IMG/VR virus record: IMGVR_UViG_3300027969_000051
DNA length: 20,000 nucleotides
Reading direction: 5' to 3' (one strand)
Source: an uncultured virus (IMG/VR IMGVR_UViG_3300027969_000051)
Lineage: Duplodnaviria > Heunggongvirae > Uroviricota > Caudoviricetes
Part shown: positions 1 to 8,747 of the stretch, in pieces
How positions within the stretch are numbered: the stretch's first letter is position 1
Layout of the letters: each line of letters begins with the position of its first letter
Made by a program: the position numbers and the translations under genes
The notes under the pieces: model-generated
Database searches by the model: none
Seen by the model: only the letters and a program-made list of their open reading frames with translations
What the model was told of the DNA's origin: nothing

Positions 1-1
1 A

Positions 2-1123
2 TGGACCGGGGCTGCATTTACGTTAATTGGCCCACAAGAAGTTACTGGTCGTGGTACAACAGAAATGCGATCAACCCTACTGCTAGACGATTCTAATAAT
101 CCTCATGCAGTTATCCAAGGATTTGCAGATGGTAATACTATCTTTATTATCAGTTCAGACGGCCCATTTAACTTAAATCAAACTCAAAATCCTATTTCGG
201 GATTTGATCAAATTCATCAAGGTCTAACACTTTGTTATACTACAAGTTCGACTAGTGGTGTAACATCGAGTAGTCATAGATTCTGGGGAACAGCTAGTAA
301 TTCTGATAAACTAAACGGGCTACCGGCAAGTTCTTATATTCAAGCAGGTAATGCAAACTTTGGTACTTTGGTTAATTTTAGTGATGCTGGGTTTACAGTT
401 GGTAATCCTATTGCAAAATTAGCAGTGTTTAATGCTAGCCAGACAACACCAACAATTCAAAATACTTACGGCCCGACAATTAACTTCCTGACAACAGTTT
501 CCGGTTCAACTAAGAACCCATTAGTAATTACTGGTAACGATGTAACTCCAGGTCAAAGCGGAGTTAGCAATTTAGGAACAAATTCATTACAATGGGCAAA
601 CGTGTATGCTAGTTATGTATACTCAACTGCACAAAAAGCTGATTATCTAAACGTCGGCGGTGCTTATGTTAGTGCTAGTATTGCGTCAAGCCCTAGTACA
701 ATAGTTTCTAGAGATAGTAATCAGAATATTTTTGCAAATCTATTTAATGGTACAGCAACAGCGGCACAATATGCTGACTTAGCAGAAAAATATCTAGCAG
801 ACAAAGAATACGAACCGGGAACAGTAGTTTCAGTTTGCACTCACGGTGATCACGAAGTCGAAGCAAGCTCCGCAGGTAGACGTGCAGTCGGAGTTGTAAG
901 TACTAATCCAGCTTTTATGATGAACAAAGATTTAGAAGGTGGTACTTATATTGCTCTAAAAGGAAGAGTTCCTGTAAAAGTTATAGGACCGATTACTAAA
1001 GGTGACGAACTTATTGCTAGTGATAACGGATACGGAGTTGCAGGCGACGGCAAAGTATTTGCTGTTGCTCTTGAATCTAATGACAGCAATGATGTCAAAC
1101 TTGTAGAATGTGTGATTCTATAA
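2..1123 (+). CDS. Tail fibre/spike-like virion protein, 5'-truncated by the window, with a C-terminal intramolecular-chaperone/autocleavage-type (Peptidase_G2 IMC-like) domain
   Basis: The frame is open from base 2 (WTGAAFTLIGPQ...) before the ATG at 65. The body is G/S/T/N-rich. The C-terminus has YADLAEKY..YEPGTVV..GVVSTNPAFMMN..IALKGRVPVKV.GPI.KGD.L, a pattern typical of phage fibre chaperone domains. Confidence 0.75.
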   Translation, partial: WTGAAFTLIGPQEVTGRGTTEMRSTLLLDDSNNPHAVIQGFADGNTIFIISSDGPFNLNQTQNPISGFDQIHQGLTLCYTTSSTSGVTSSSHRFWGTASNSDKLNGLPASSYIQAGNANFGTLVNFSDAGFTVGNPIAKLAVFNASQTTPTIQNTYGPTINFLTTVSGSTKNPLVITGNDVTPGQSGVSNLGTNSLQWANVYASYVYSTAQKADYLNVGGAYVSASIASSPSTIVSRDSNQNIFANLFNGTATAAQYADLAEKYLADKEYEPGTVVSVCTHGDHEVEASSAGRRAVGVVSTNPAFMMNKDLEGGTYIALKGRVPVKVIGPITKGDELIASDNGYGVAGDGKVFAVALESNDSNDVKLVECVIL

Positions 1124-1124
1124 C

Positions 1125-1132
1125 TATAAATA
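1125..1132 (+). promoter_or_regulatory. T4-type late promoter box TATAAATA
   Basis: Exact TATAAATA in the 27-bp intergenic gap, followed by the SD AAGGAG and the ATG at 1151. Confidence 0.7.
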
Positions 1133-1150
1133 TTCTACAAGGAGATATGA

Positions 1151-2176
1151 ATGACTGGAGTAGGAACAAATATTGCGGCTAATGATTATAATAACATTTA
1201 TAATACCATAGCACCAATTTTAGGAACCGCGAGCACAGGCTACGGACAAGCAGTCCAGTCTAGCCAAGTCGCGACAGCAGCCACAATTACAGTCGGGCAA
1301 TGGAATGCGCTTGAGACAGATATTACTGCAATGTTTTGGCATCAACTGAATTCAGCTCCTTCACCGGCATTGACTCATGCTACTAACTTAATAAAAATTC
1401 GAGAAGACGATCGTGCCAAATATTTGTTAATGGCACAAGCACTGGCTAATCCTAATCCCACTTCGGTTAACTCGGTTAGTTATCCTGGATGTTATACTAT
1501 ACCTCCATTAGGACAGACTACTAGCCCGATTAGTGGAACATTCCCTATAGTTAGTACACGCGGTACTCGATGGGGCGGGACAACATCTGGACCAGTTGTT
1601 GAAAGTAATATTCCAACGGTTACCCATACTACTCAACTAGTTTGGCCAAGTGCCGCAGCCGCACAGTATTTCTTTAATTCAGGCGGAGTTGTTACTTTTT
1701 CAGCATCACGATCAGGTGGTACAACTACTACAAAAAATACTTCGTGGACTACACTACTGGCTACTACGAATACTGTAACTTTTAGTTATAGTGGCTGTTC
1801 CAGCGCAGGCGCAGGTGACGGTACATCATATGGGTGGAGTTGGTTTAACGCTAATTTAAATACTGCATCGATTCAAGTTTTTAGTAATAGTTTAGGCGCA
1901 TCTGGCACTGCCTTATATGCACCAAACAAGTATAATATCTTAGTTAGTATAGATGCCGCTGGAAAAGCATTAACATTTGCATGCCAGTTTCAGGATCTTT
2001 CAAATTCGACCACTGAAAATTTATACAAAAATACTCCCGGAAACATATTTGACATTGACGAAGACATCGACGGTACTTTAACTAGCACTCTTAATATTAA
2101 ATACGCTTCGGGATCATATGTCTCGGCATCAACCTATCTACCATCACCGGTACTTGTAACTAGCATTGGGCCTTAA
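1151..2176 (+). CDS. Putative virion structural (tail/baseplate-associated) protein
   Basis: 341 aa, T/S/G/A-rich, good SD, late-promoter box upstream, lies between fibre-like genes; paralogous to 2179-4485. Confidence 0.65.
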   Translation: MTGVGTNIAANDYNNIYNTIAPILGTASTGYGQAVQSSQVATAATITVGQWNALETDITAMFWHQLNSAPSPALTHATNLIKIREDDRAKYLLMAQALANPNPTSVNSVSYPGCYTIPPLGQTTSPISGTFPIVSTRGTRWGGTTSGPVVESNIPTVTHTTQLVWPSAAAAQYFFNSGGVVTFSASRSGGTTTTKNTSWTTLLATTNTVTFSYSGCSSAGAGDGTSYGWSWFNANLNTASIQVFSNSLGASGTALYAPNKYNILVSIDAAGKALTFACQFQDLSNSTTENLYKNTPGNIFDIDEDIDGTLTSTLNIKYASGSYVSASTYLPSPVLVTSIGP

Positions 2177-2178
2177 TC

Positions 2179-4485
2179 GTGGCGACAACAGCGGTTAGTT
2201 CAGTAAGTGCAGTCGGTGTCCTTTCTGTAGCATCTACAACTGGATTTAGTCTAACCGAATCAGTACGGTTAGCCGGAACAGCATTTGGTGGTCTTTTGAC
2301 CGGCACCACATACTATATCATTAACATAGGTGCCGGCACTATTACTCTCAGCAGTACAAGAGGCGGGTCGGCCTTATCAATAGCCGGCGGGTCTGGAACA
2401 CTACTAACATTAAGCTCTTATTTCTCAGTTAAATCAGTATCTACTAGTGGTGTTATTTCAGTCTCTTCTGTCAATACATTTGCTATCGGAAACTCTGTAC
2501 GATTAACTGGAACAGCATTCGGGGGATTATCAAATAGTGTAACTTATTGGATAATTGCTGTAGACTCGGGTAATAATCTTATAACACTGAGTGCTTCAAT
2601 ATACGGATCTGTGATAGCTATTGCAGGTGGTACCGGAGTGATGAGCTTGATTCATTATCAGTTAATCGGCCCGGGTGCTGGCAATATTATTGAATATACT
2701 GATTACAACGCAATACAGTCATTAGTTGCTCCGATACTCGGGCAATATTCTACAGGTTACGGCCAGGCACTTGCTACAGTAACTACTAACGGTGGCACAG
2801 GCACAGTAACATACGGGCCAAACAAAAAAGTTTCGGCAGCATCATGGAACGCATTGTTGGCTGATATAACAGCATTAAATTTCCACCAATTAAATACTAG
2901 TCCTAAGTTTAATGGGTCGGCATTGACTACAGTGACCACAACGACCTTGATTAGAGATATAGATCGTTATCAATATTTACAAGTAGCAACTGGACTTACT
3001 AGTACTACACCTATTACAATAGGCGGTGTAGCGTATCCGGGATGTTATGTAATAGTGCCAACCGGACAAAATACAACTCCTACATATGGAATTTTTCCTA
3101 AACAATCTATTAGATTAAATGGATGGGGTGGGTCAAAAGTTACAAATAGTGAGATTGTTTCTCTAGGATATATTTCCGGAACACGGATGTCATTGACTGG
3201 AACGAATTATACATCATCCAGCCCTGGTGCATTAGCCGGAATGAAAGTAACAGGAGCCGGTATATTACCCAATACGTTTATTTCGTCAGTAGACGAAGCT
3301 ACATTTCAAGGGTCAATTTCAGGTTCAACGTTAACCCTTAGTGCAACTATCGCCGGGACTGTTGCGATCGGTATGTTTATTGTATGCGATAAAATTGGTT
3401 ATCCTGGAGCATTCATTATCGGCGGTGCCGGCACAACCTGGTCATTAAGTTTAACTCAAGATGTGCCTATAGCCCAGACTGGTGGAGCATATAACGTATT
3501 TTTTGGAACAAAATTTTCAATAACTCAAAGCCAAACAGTTGGTAGTGTAAATTTTAAGGTATCGATCACTAGCTCGTTTAACGTGCTCGTCTCAGATATA
3601 TCAACAGTAAATCATGCTCTTACAGTAACATTCCCCTCGGCTAATGCTGCCTTGTATTATTTTAACTCCGGAAGTATTATAACATTTGCCGGTAGTAGAG
3701 ATTCTTCAATCGCGCCCGGCGGGTCTTCTACATTGAAAAATACAGCCTGGACGACTATGCTGACTAATCAAAAAACCATATCTTTTTCTAAATCAGAGGT
3801 TGCTACTAATGGTGCTAGTGGTACCGGATCTATCTTTGGATGGGACTGGTTATATGCACATCCGTCGACTGACTACACAATCTTCACTAATAGTTTAGGC
3901 AGTGCTGGCTCACAGTTATACTCACCGAATCAATATGATATTGTAGCAAGCCTCGATGCAACTAAAACTATTATTACCTTTAAGGCAGAATTTAAAGATT
4001 TATCTACGCCTGCTAATGAATTAACTTTTAAGGGTGGATCAAATATTTTTGATACAGACGAAGATGTTGATGGTACATTAATCAGTACGGTTAACCTAAC
4101 CTATGCATCTGGATCTTATGTTTCGGCGACAGCATACTTACCGGCACCTGCGAACACCATAGAGCTTTCTGCTGGTACAACTGTTGCGATTACTAGTATT
4201 CAAGTATCAAATCTTGCGTTAGGTGCCGGCGGATTTGCAACATTTACAATTACTACAACTGGGATAGCAAATGGCACTAGTATGACTTGGTTGCAAGTCG
4301 GAACGGCAACATCTGGGTATTTCCAAGATGGACTAGTGACTGGCACTTTTAATATCAATTCTGATGTTGGAATTATAACACGAGCTGTGGCTATTTCTGG
4401 TATTACTGCCTTAAAAACTCTTCAATTAGAACTTTTCCTTAATGGTGTTCCGTACGGTGCAACACCAATTGTTACTATATCTTAA
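2179..4485 (+). CDS. Modular virion structural/fibre-like protein; paralog of 1151-2176 with added beta-rich modules
   Basis: 768 aa, GTG start 2 nt after the upstream stop. Shares the motifs APILG..STGYGQA, WNAL..DITA...HQLN, YPGCY, FNSG, D.DED.DGTL and YASGSYVSA with the upstream gene. Has an N-terminal tandem repeat. Confidence 0.65.
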   Translation: MATTAVSSVSAVGVLSVASTTGFSLTESVRLAGTAFGGLLTGTTYYIINIGAGTITLSSTRGGSALSIAGGSGTLLTLSSYFSVKSVSTSGVISVSSVNTFAIGNSVRLTGTAFGGLSNSVTYWIIAVDSGNNLITLSASIYGSVIAIAGGTGVMSLIHYQLIGPGAGNIIEYTDYNAIQSLVAPILGQYSTGYGQALATVTTNGGTGTVTYGPNKKVSAASWNALLADITALNFHQLNTSPKFNGSALTTVTTTTLIRDIDRYQYLQVATGLTSTTPITIGGVAYPGCYVIVPTGQNTTPTYGIFPKQSIRLNGWGGSKVTNSEIVSLGYISGTRMSLTGTNYTSSSPGALAGMKVTGAGILPNTFISSVDEATFQGSISGSTLTLSATIAGTVAIGMFIVCDKIGYPGAFIIGGAGTTWSLSLTQDVPIAQTGGAYNVFFGTKFSITQSQTVGSVNFKVSITSSFNVLVSDISTVNHALTVTFPSANAALYYFNSGSIITFAGSRDSSIAPGGSSTLKNTAWTTMLTNQKTISFSKSEVATNGASGTGSIFGWDWLYAHPSTDYTIFTNSLGSAGSQLYSPNQYDIVASLDATKTIITFKAEFKDLSTPANELTFKGGSNIFDTDEDVDGTLISTVNLTYASGSYVSATAYLPAPANTIELSAGTTVAITSIQVSNLALGAGGFATFTITTTGIANGTSMTWLQVGTATSGYFQDGLVTGTFNINSDVGIITRAVAISGITALKTLQLELFLNGVPYGATPIVTIS
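2191..2655 (+). repeat. Two tandem ~78-aa protein repeats (approximate limits)
   Basis: VRLAGTAFGGLLTGTTYYII (from 2263) versus VRLTGTAFGGLSNSVTYWII (from 2497), offset 234 nt; both are followed by ITLS...G..IAGG.G. Confidence 0.8.
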
Positions 4486-4508
4486 CCAGATATATTTTTC
4501 CTAACTAG

Positions 4509-4537
4509 TTGACAAGATAACTATAATAGTGTAACAT
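4509..4537 (+). promoter_or_regulatory. Putative sigma70 promoter (TTGACA-17-TAACAT) containing a late-like GATAACTA box
   Basis: TTGACA at 4509-4514, 17-nt spacer, TAACAT at 4532-4537; GATAACTA at 4516-4523; SD GGAG at 4548-4551. Confidence 0.55.
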
Positions 4538-4558
4538 TGTACACTACGGAGTTTATCT

Positions 4559-4909
4559 ATGGACGAAAGAATTGAAAAAGCATTTGCAGTTGCTAATTAC
4601 ACTGCTACCTTGTCAAATCAGCGCAGGATAATTTTAGAAGAATATACTCAAAAGTTAGTCTACTACACTAATGGCGCAACATTTAAAGTTGACCCAAACC
4701 TAATTAACTTTATTAAAAATGTATTAGATTTAGGGCATTCAACAGAGGTTCCATTTGTCGATGCAAACAACATACCGGTAGTAATCCCAAATGTTCAAGA
4801 TTTTTTTGATGCAGTCGTTGGGGTATACTTTGAAGCAGTTAACGACTATTCAGCCAAGTACAAAGAGATTCGTACAAAAAGAAAAATTGAAGACATAATC
4901 GGCCTATGA
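4559..4909 (+). CDS. Hypothetical protein, possibly tail-fibre assembly chaperone-like (DUF4376-like)
   Basis: 116 aa directly after the fibre-like genes. The FVDANNIPVVI motif followed by a long C-terminal helix ending KIEDIIGL resembles DUF4376-type proteins (recalled, not searched). Confidence 0.45.
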   Translation: MDERIEKAFAVANYTATLSNQRRIILEEYTQKLVYYTNGATFKVDPNLINFIKNVLDLGHSTEVPFVDANNIPVVIPNVQDFFDAVVGVYFEAVNDYSAKYKEIRTKRKIEDIIGL

Positions 4910-5754
4910 CAGTTGGTTGCTTATTATTTGCTCAAAACACTTCTTCGATTGACTATGTTAAGATGGCAGCGTTTGCGGCCAAGAGAGTGCGACAATATTT
5001 AGATATACCTGTTACACTAATTACTAATAATAAAACTAGAATTATACACCCTAATATTGATAAAGACTTTGACGGTGTTATAGAAATCCCACCAGCAAGA
5101 TTGACTCAACAACGTGTATTTTATGATGGTAGTTTATATTCTAAGACTGCTGAATGGAGTAATTTTTCAAGGAGTCAAGTTTATAACTTAACACCATACG
5201 ATCAAACTCTAGTAATGGATACTGATTATATATTAAACTCAAGTATTCTTAAACCTGCATTCGATAACGATCACGATTTTCAAATTTATAGACGGTGTTT
5301 TGATCTATCTTTAGATAGAGAGCCCGATGCATTCAAACGTATTAATAATTACAGTATACCATTTTATTGGGCGACGGTTTTTGTATTCCGCAAGTCAGTA
5401 ACAATGGAATGTTTTTTTGATTTAGTAGAATATATAAAAGATAATTGGGTATATTTTAGGACATTGTATAGTATTGCGGCTCCGACGTTTAGGAATGATT
5501 TCGCTTTCAGTATAGCTATTCATATTATGAACGGAAAAGCTAATGGAGAATTTGCAGTTGACCTACCTGGAAAAATGATATTTTCTTCAGATAGAGACGT
5601 GCTAGTAAACACTGATGGTGATAAAATGAAATTTCTAGTTGAAAAGAAAAACAGATTAGGCGAATATAATCTAGTAAAAACTACAGGACTTGATGTACAT
5701 GTAATGAACAAGTTTAGCCTTAATCGATTTATCGACGGAGGTCTAGGTGTCTAA
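4906..5754 (+). CDS. Putative GT-A fold glycosyltransferase (GT8-like nucleotide-diphospho-sugar transferase)
   Basis: N-terminal hydrophobic strand GCLLFA; TPYDQTLVMDTDYI with a DxD motif; ATGA overlap with the upstream gene. Confidence 0.65.
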   Translation: MTVGCLLFAQNTSSIDYVKMAAFAAKRVRQYLDIPVTLITNNKTRIIHPNIDKDFDGVIEIPPARLTQQRVFYDGSLYSKTAEWSNFSRSQVYNLTPYDQTLVMDTDYILNSSILKPAFDNDHDFQIYRRCFDLSLDREPDAFKRINNYSIPFYWATVFVFRKSVTMECFFDLVEYIKDNWVYFRTLYSIAAPTFRNDFAFSIAIHIMNGKANGEFAVDLPGKMIFSSDRDVLVNTDGDKMKFLVEKKNRLGEYNLVKTTGLDVHVMNKFSLNRFIDGGLGV

Positions 5755-6589
5755 AGGATTTGTTTTATTTGCACAGAACACTGAGTCTGTTAATTATGTT
5801 ACCCAAGCCTATGCATTAGCATTAAGCATACAATACAGTCAAAAAGAAATTAAGAAAGTATCGTTAGTTACCAACAGTCCAGTGCCTAAAAAATATCGTA
5901 AGGTGTTTGATCAAATAATTCCTATCCCGTGGTTTGAAGAGGCAGGCAACAGCCCTCTCAAAGGCGAGCACAGATGGAAATTGTATCATGCTAGCCCGTA
6001 CGAAGAAACAATTATTTTAGATTCAGATATGTTGTTAGTTGAAGATATTACCCAGTGGTGGGAATACTGCCATCAGTACGATGTTAAGTTTTGTTCTAAA
6101 ATAAAAAACTATAAATTGGATCATATTGAAGTAGATATTTTTCATAGAAAAGCATTTATTGCAAACAATTTACCAAACCCATATTTTGCATTACATTATT
6201 TTAAGAAAGGGGAAGTTGCTCACAACTTTTATAAAGTATTAGAATTCGTCTGTAATAATTGGCAATGGTGTTATTCTAAGTTTGCTCCACTAAAATATCA
6301 AGATTGGCTTAGTATGGATCTAGCTGCCGCGATAGCAATAGAAATATCTGGTTTAGATGATGCTGTTGATGTGTGCAGTCCTTTAGAGTTCATCCATATG
6401 AAAACTCCATTGCAAGGATGGATAGTAAACGCATACAGTTGGCAAGACACTGTTTCGTATGTACTAAACACTAAAGGTGAACTGATTGTCGGCAATATCA
6501 AACAGACTAAGTTATTTCATTATGTTGAAAAAAACTTTATATCTAAACGAACACTTTCTCGATTAGAGGAGTTAGCACATGGCTCGTAA
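5747..6589 (+). CDS. Putative GT-A fold glycosyltransferase, paralog of 4906-5754
   Basis: GTG start; GFVLFAQN, SPYEETIILDSDML (DxD), and C-terminal FIHMK and FHYVEK motifs. Confidence 0.65.
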   Translation: MSKGFVLFAQNTESVNYVTQAYALALSIQYSQKEIKKVSLVTNSPVPKKYRKVFDQIIPIPWFEEAGNSPLKGEHRWKLYHASPYEETIILDSDMLLVEDITQWWEYCHQYDVKFCSKIKNYKLDHIEVDIFHRKAFIANNLPNPYFALHYFKKGEVAHNFYKVLEFVCNNWQWCYSKFAPLKYQDWLSMDLAAAIAIEISGLDDAVDVCSPLEFIHMKTPLQGWIVNAYSWQDTVSYVLNTKGELIVGNIKQTKLFHYVEKNFISKRTLSRLEELAHGS

Positions 6590-7175
6590 ACGTACGGTCC
6601 CTATAATTCAAAAATACTATTTGCATTATGATCAAAAGACTGGCAAGATTTTAAGTGTGTCAAATGAAAAAAATAAAAACGATGAACATAGCTTAGAAGT
6701 CTCATTTGAAGAATATGCAGATTTTATGCTCGAAGTTAAAAATGCACGAGAGCATACTATTGGCTATGCTAAAGATAGCGAAGGTAAAAATAAACTAGTA
6801 GCTATACCATCAGCAGACCAGCATTACGGTTTTCGAAATAATGTGTTCGAATGGATAACAGATCCCCCTAATAAGGACACCGAACTAATAGTCACTTGGA
6901 ACAGCCTAGATAGCGAGTGGGTATTCCAATTGAGTGATGAAGCAAAGCTCCGAGTATCTAAAGGTATGATCACTACTACAGTGTTTTTTGTAATGTTAGA
7001 AAACGATTTTGATTTTTTAATAAGAAGCATTATGATAGATGTATCAACCTTGATAGAAAATCCTCAAGTGCATGTTCCTTTCATAAGTAATATTGAACAT
7101 CAAATTAAAAAGATCTCGATATCATCAAAGATATATTTTCAAAGTTATGGATTAATTATAAATGAACAAAATTAA
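6579..7175 (+). CDS. Hypothetical protein within the glycosyltransferase cluster
   Basis: 198 aa, SD GAGGAG upstream, overlaps both neighbours; no recognisable motif. Confidence 0.7.
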   Translation: MARKRTVPIIQKYYLHYDQKTGKILSVSNEKNKNDEHSLEVSFEEYADFMLEVKNAREHTIGYAKDSEGKNKLVAIPSADQHYGFRNNVFEWITDPPNKDTELIVTWNSLDSEWVFQLSDEAKLRVSKGMITTTVFFVMLENDFDFLIRSIMIDVSTLIENPQVHVPFISNIEHQIKKISISSKIYFQSYGLIINEQN

Positions 7176-8061
7176 AATTATCGATCAGGATATTATTTTC
7201 CTCAGTTATGATGAAGATAATGCCGAAAAAAATTACGCAGACTTGCTGACAAAGGCGCCGTGGGCTAAACGTGTACACGGAGTTAAAGGTAGCGATGCCG
7301 CACACAAAGCCTGCGCGGCATTGAGCGAAACAGAATACTTTGTTACTGTAGATGCTGATAACATTGTTGATCCAAAATTTCTCGAAGTTGAAATAGATAT
7401 AGAAAAGTTAGGATTAACGCCGGATCACGTATTCAGTTGGTGTGGTAAAATCCATGTTAACAGTTTAATGTACGGTAACGGAGGGTTAAAACTATGGACA
7501 CGTAAGTTTGTAAACAACATGCGTACACATGAAAATAGTGATCCTGCTGATACTAAAGGCCTAGTTGAATTTTGCTTTGACGACAAGTACTATCAATTTA
7601 ACGATAACTATTCTGAGAGCTACACTAATGCAACACCTTTCCAAGCATGGCGAGCAGGATTTCGCGAGGGTGTAAAAATGACACTGAACCAAGGAGCAAA
7701 GACTGACAATTTACAACGAGATATATGGTGGCAAAATTATCATCGATTATTAATATGGTGTAGCGTTGGCGCCGATGTCGAACACGGTATATGGTCAGTA
7801 TTAGGGGCAAGAGAAGGATGTCACATGACCAATTGTACTGATTGGGATTACAGTAATGTTCGAGATTTTGAATGGTTAACAGAGCATTGGGAAAAACAAC
7901 ATGGTTCTGGAGATCCAGATCTTACAACTGCTTATATTAATTTTTTAGGTGCTGAACTTAGAACAAAATTAAATTTAGAAATATCAAATTTAGATAGTGC
8001 AGGCAGCAAGTTCTTTAAAAAAGTCTACCTAAATACTCCACGAATTATTCATAGAAGATAA
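7162..8061 (+). CDS. Putative GT2-like glycosyltransferase
   Basis: DIIFLSYDE..NAEKNY, RVHGVKGSDAAHKACA, YFVTVDADN (DxD), YGNGGLKLW and AWRAGFRE motifs. Confidence 0.65.
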   Translation: MNKIKIIDQDIIFLSYDEDNAEKNYADLLTKAPWAKRVHGVKGSDAAHKACAALSETEYFVTVDADNIVDPKFLEVEIDIEKLGLTPDHVFSWCGKIHVNSLMYGNGGLKLWTRKFVNNMRTHENSDPADTKGLVEFCFDDKYYQFNDNYSESYTNATPFQAWRAGFREGVKMTLNQGAKTDNLQRDIWWQNYHRLLIWCSVGADVEHGIWSVLGAREGCHMTNCTDWDYSNVRDFEWLTEHWEKQHGSGDPDLTTAYINFLGAELRTKLNLEISNLDSAGSKFFKKVYLNTPRIIHRR

Positions 8062-8747
8062 TGTACGATATAATCTTTATTAGCTACAACGAGCCAAATG
8101 CAGAAAAAAACTTTTCTGTGTTGAAAGATCGATTCCATCTCTCTAAACGAATAGATGGCATAACTGGTATACATCAAGCACATATAGAAGCCGCAAAGAA
8201 GTCTTTTACAAAAATGTTTTGGGTAGTTGATGGTGATGCTGAAATATTAGATACATTTAATTTTAATTATAAAGTAGCTGATGATGATTTTGACACAGTG
8301 CATGTTTGGAGAAGTTGTAATCCTATTAATGATCTAGAATATGGGTATGGTGGCGTAAAACTATTACCAAAAAAACTAACAATGAATATGGATACATCTA
8401 AACCCGATATGTCTACAAGTATTAGTGATAAATTTAAAGCATTGTCTGAAGTTAGTAATATTACATCATTTAATACAGACGCCTTTAGTACATGGCGCAG
8501 TGCTTTTAGAGAGTGTGTTAAGTTATCTAGTAGAACAATAGATAGACAAGACGACGCTGAAACAACTAGTAGATTAATTAGCTGGTGTACTATCGGGGAA
8601 GATAGACCTTGGGGAGTATATGCTATTGCAGGTGCACTTGCAGGTAAAGTGTATGGTGAAAAAAATGCCTCTAATAAAGAGGCGTTATCTAAGATAAATG
8701 ACTTTGACTATTTAAAGGTATTGTTCAACCAGCAACAAGGTCAGTAG
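8061..8747 (+). CDS. Putative GT2-like glycosyltransferase, paralog of 7162-8061
   Basis: DIIFISYNEPNAEKNF, GIHQAHIEAA, FWVVDGDA (DxD), YGYGGVKL and WRSAFRECVKL motifs; TAATG coupling to the upstream gene. Confidence 0.65.
   Translation: MYDIIFISYNEPNAEKNFSVLKDRFHLSKRIDGITGIHQAHIEAAKKSFTKMFWVVDGDAEILDTFNFNYKVADDDFDTVHVWRSCNPINDLEYGYGGVKLLPKKLTMNMDTSKPDMSTSISDKFKALSEVSNITSFNTDAFSTWRSAFRECVKLSSRTIDRQDDAETTSRLISWCTIGEDRPWGVYAIAGALAGKVYGEKNASNKEALSKINDFDYLKVLFNQQQGQ

Noticed and set aside
4509..4527. TTGACA and TATAAT as a promoter pair
   Set aside because: The spacer is only 7 nt; TAACAT at 17 nt is the plausible -10 box.
4906..8747. Direct coupling of the GT cluster to the deazaguanine pathway (glycosylated base)
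   Set aside because: The two sets are on opposite strands, about 8 kb apart, with separate promoters. Nothing in the sequence links them, though a link cannot be excluded.
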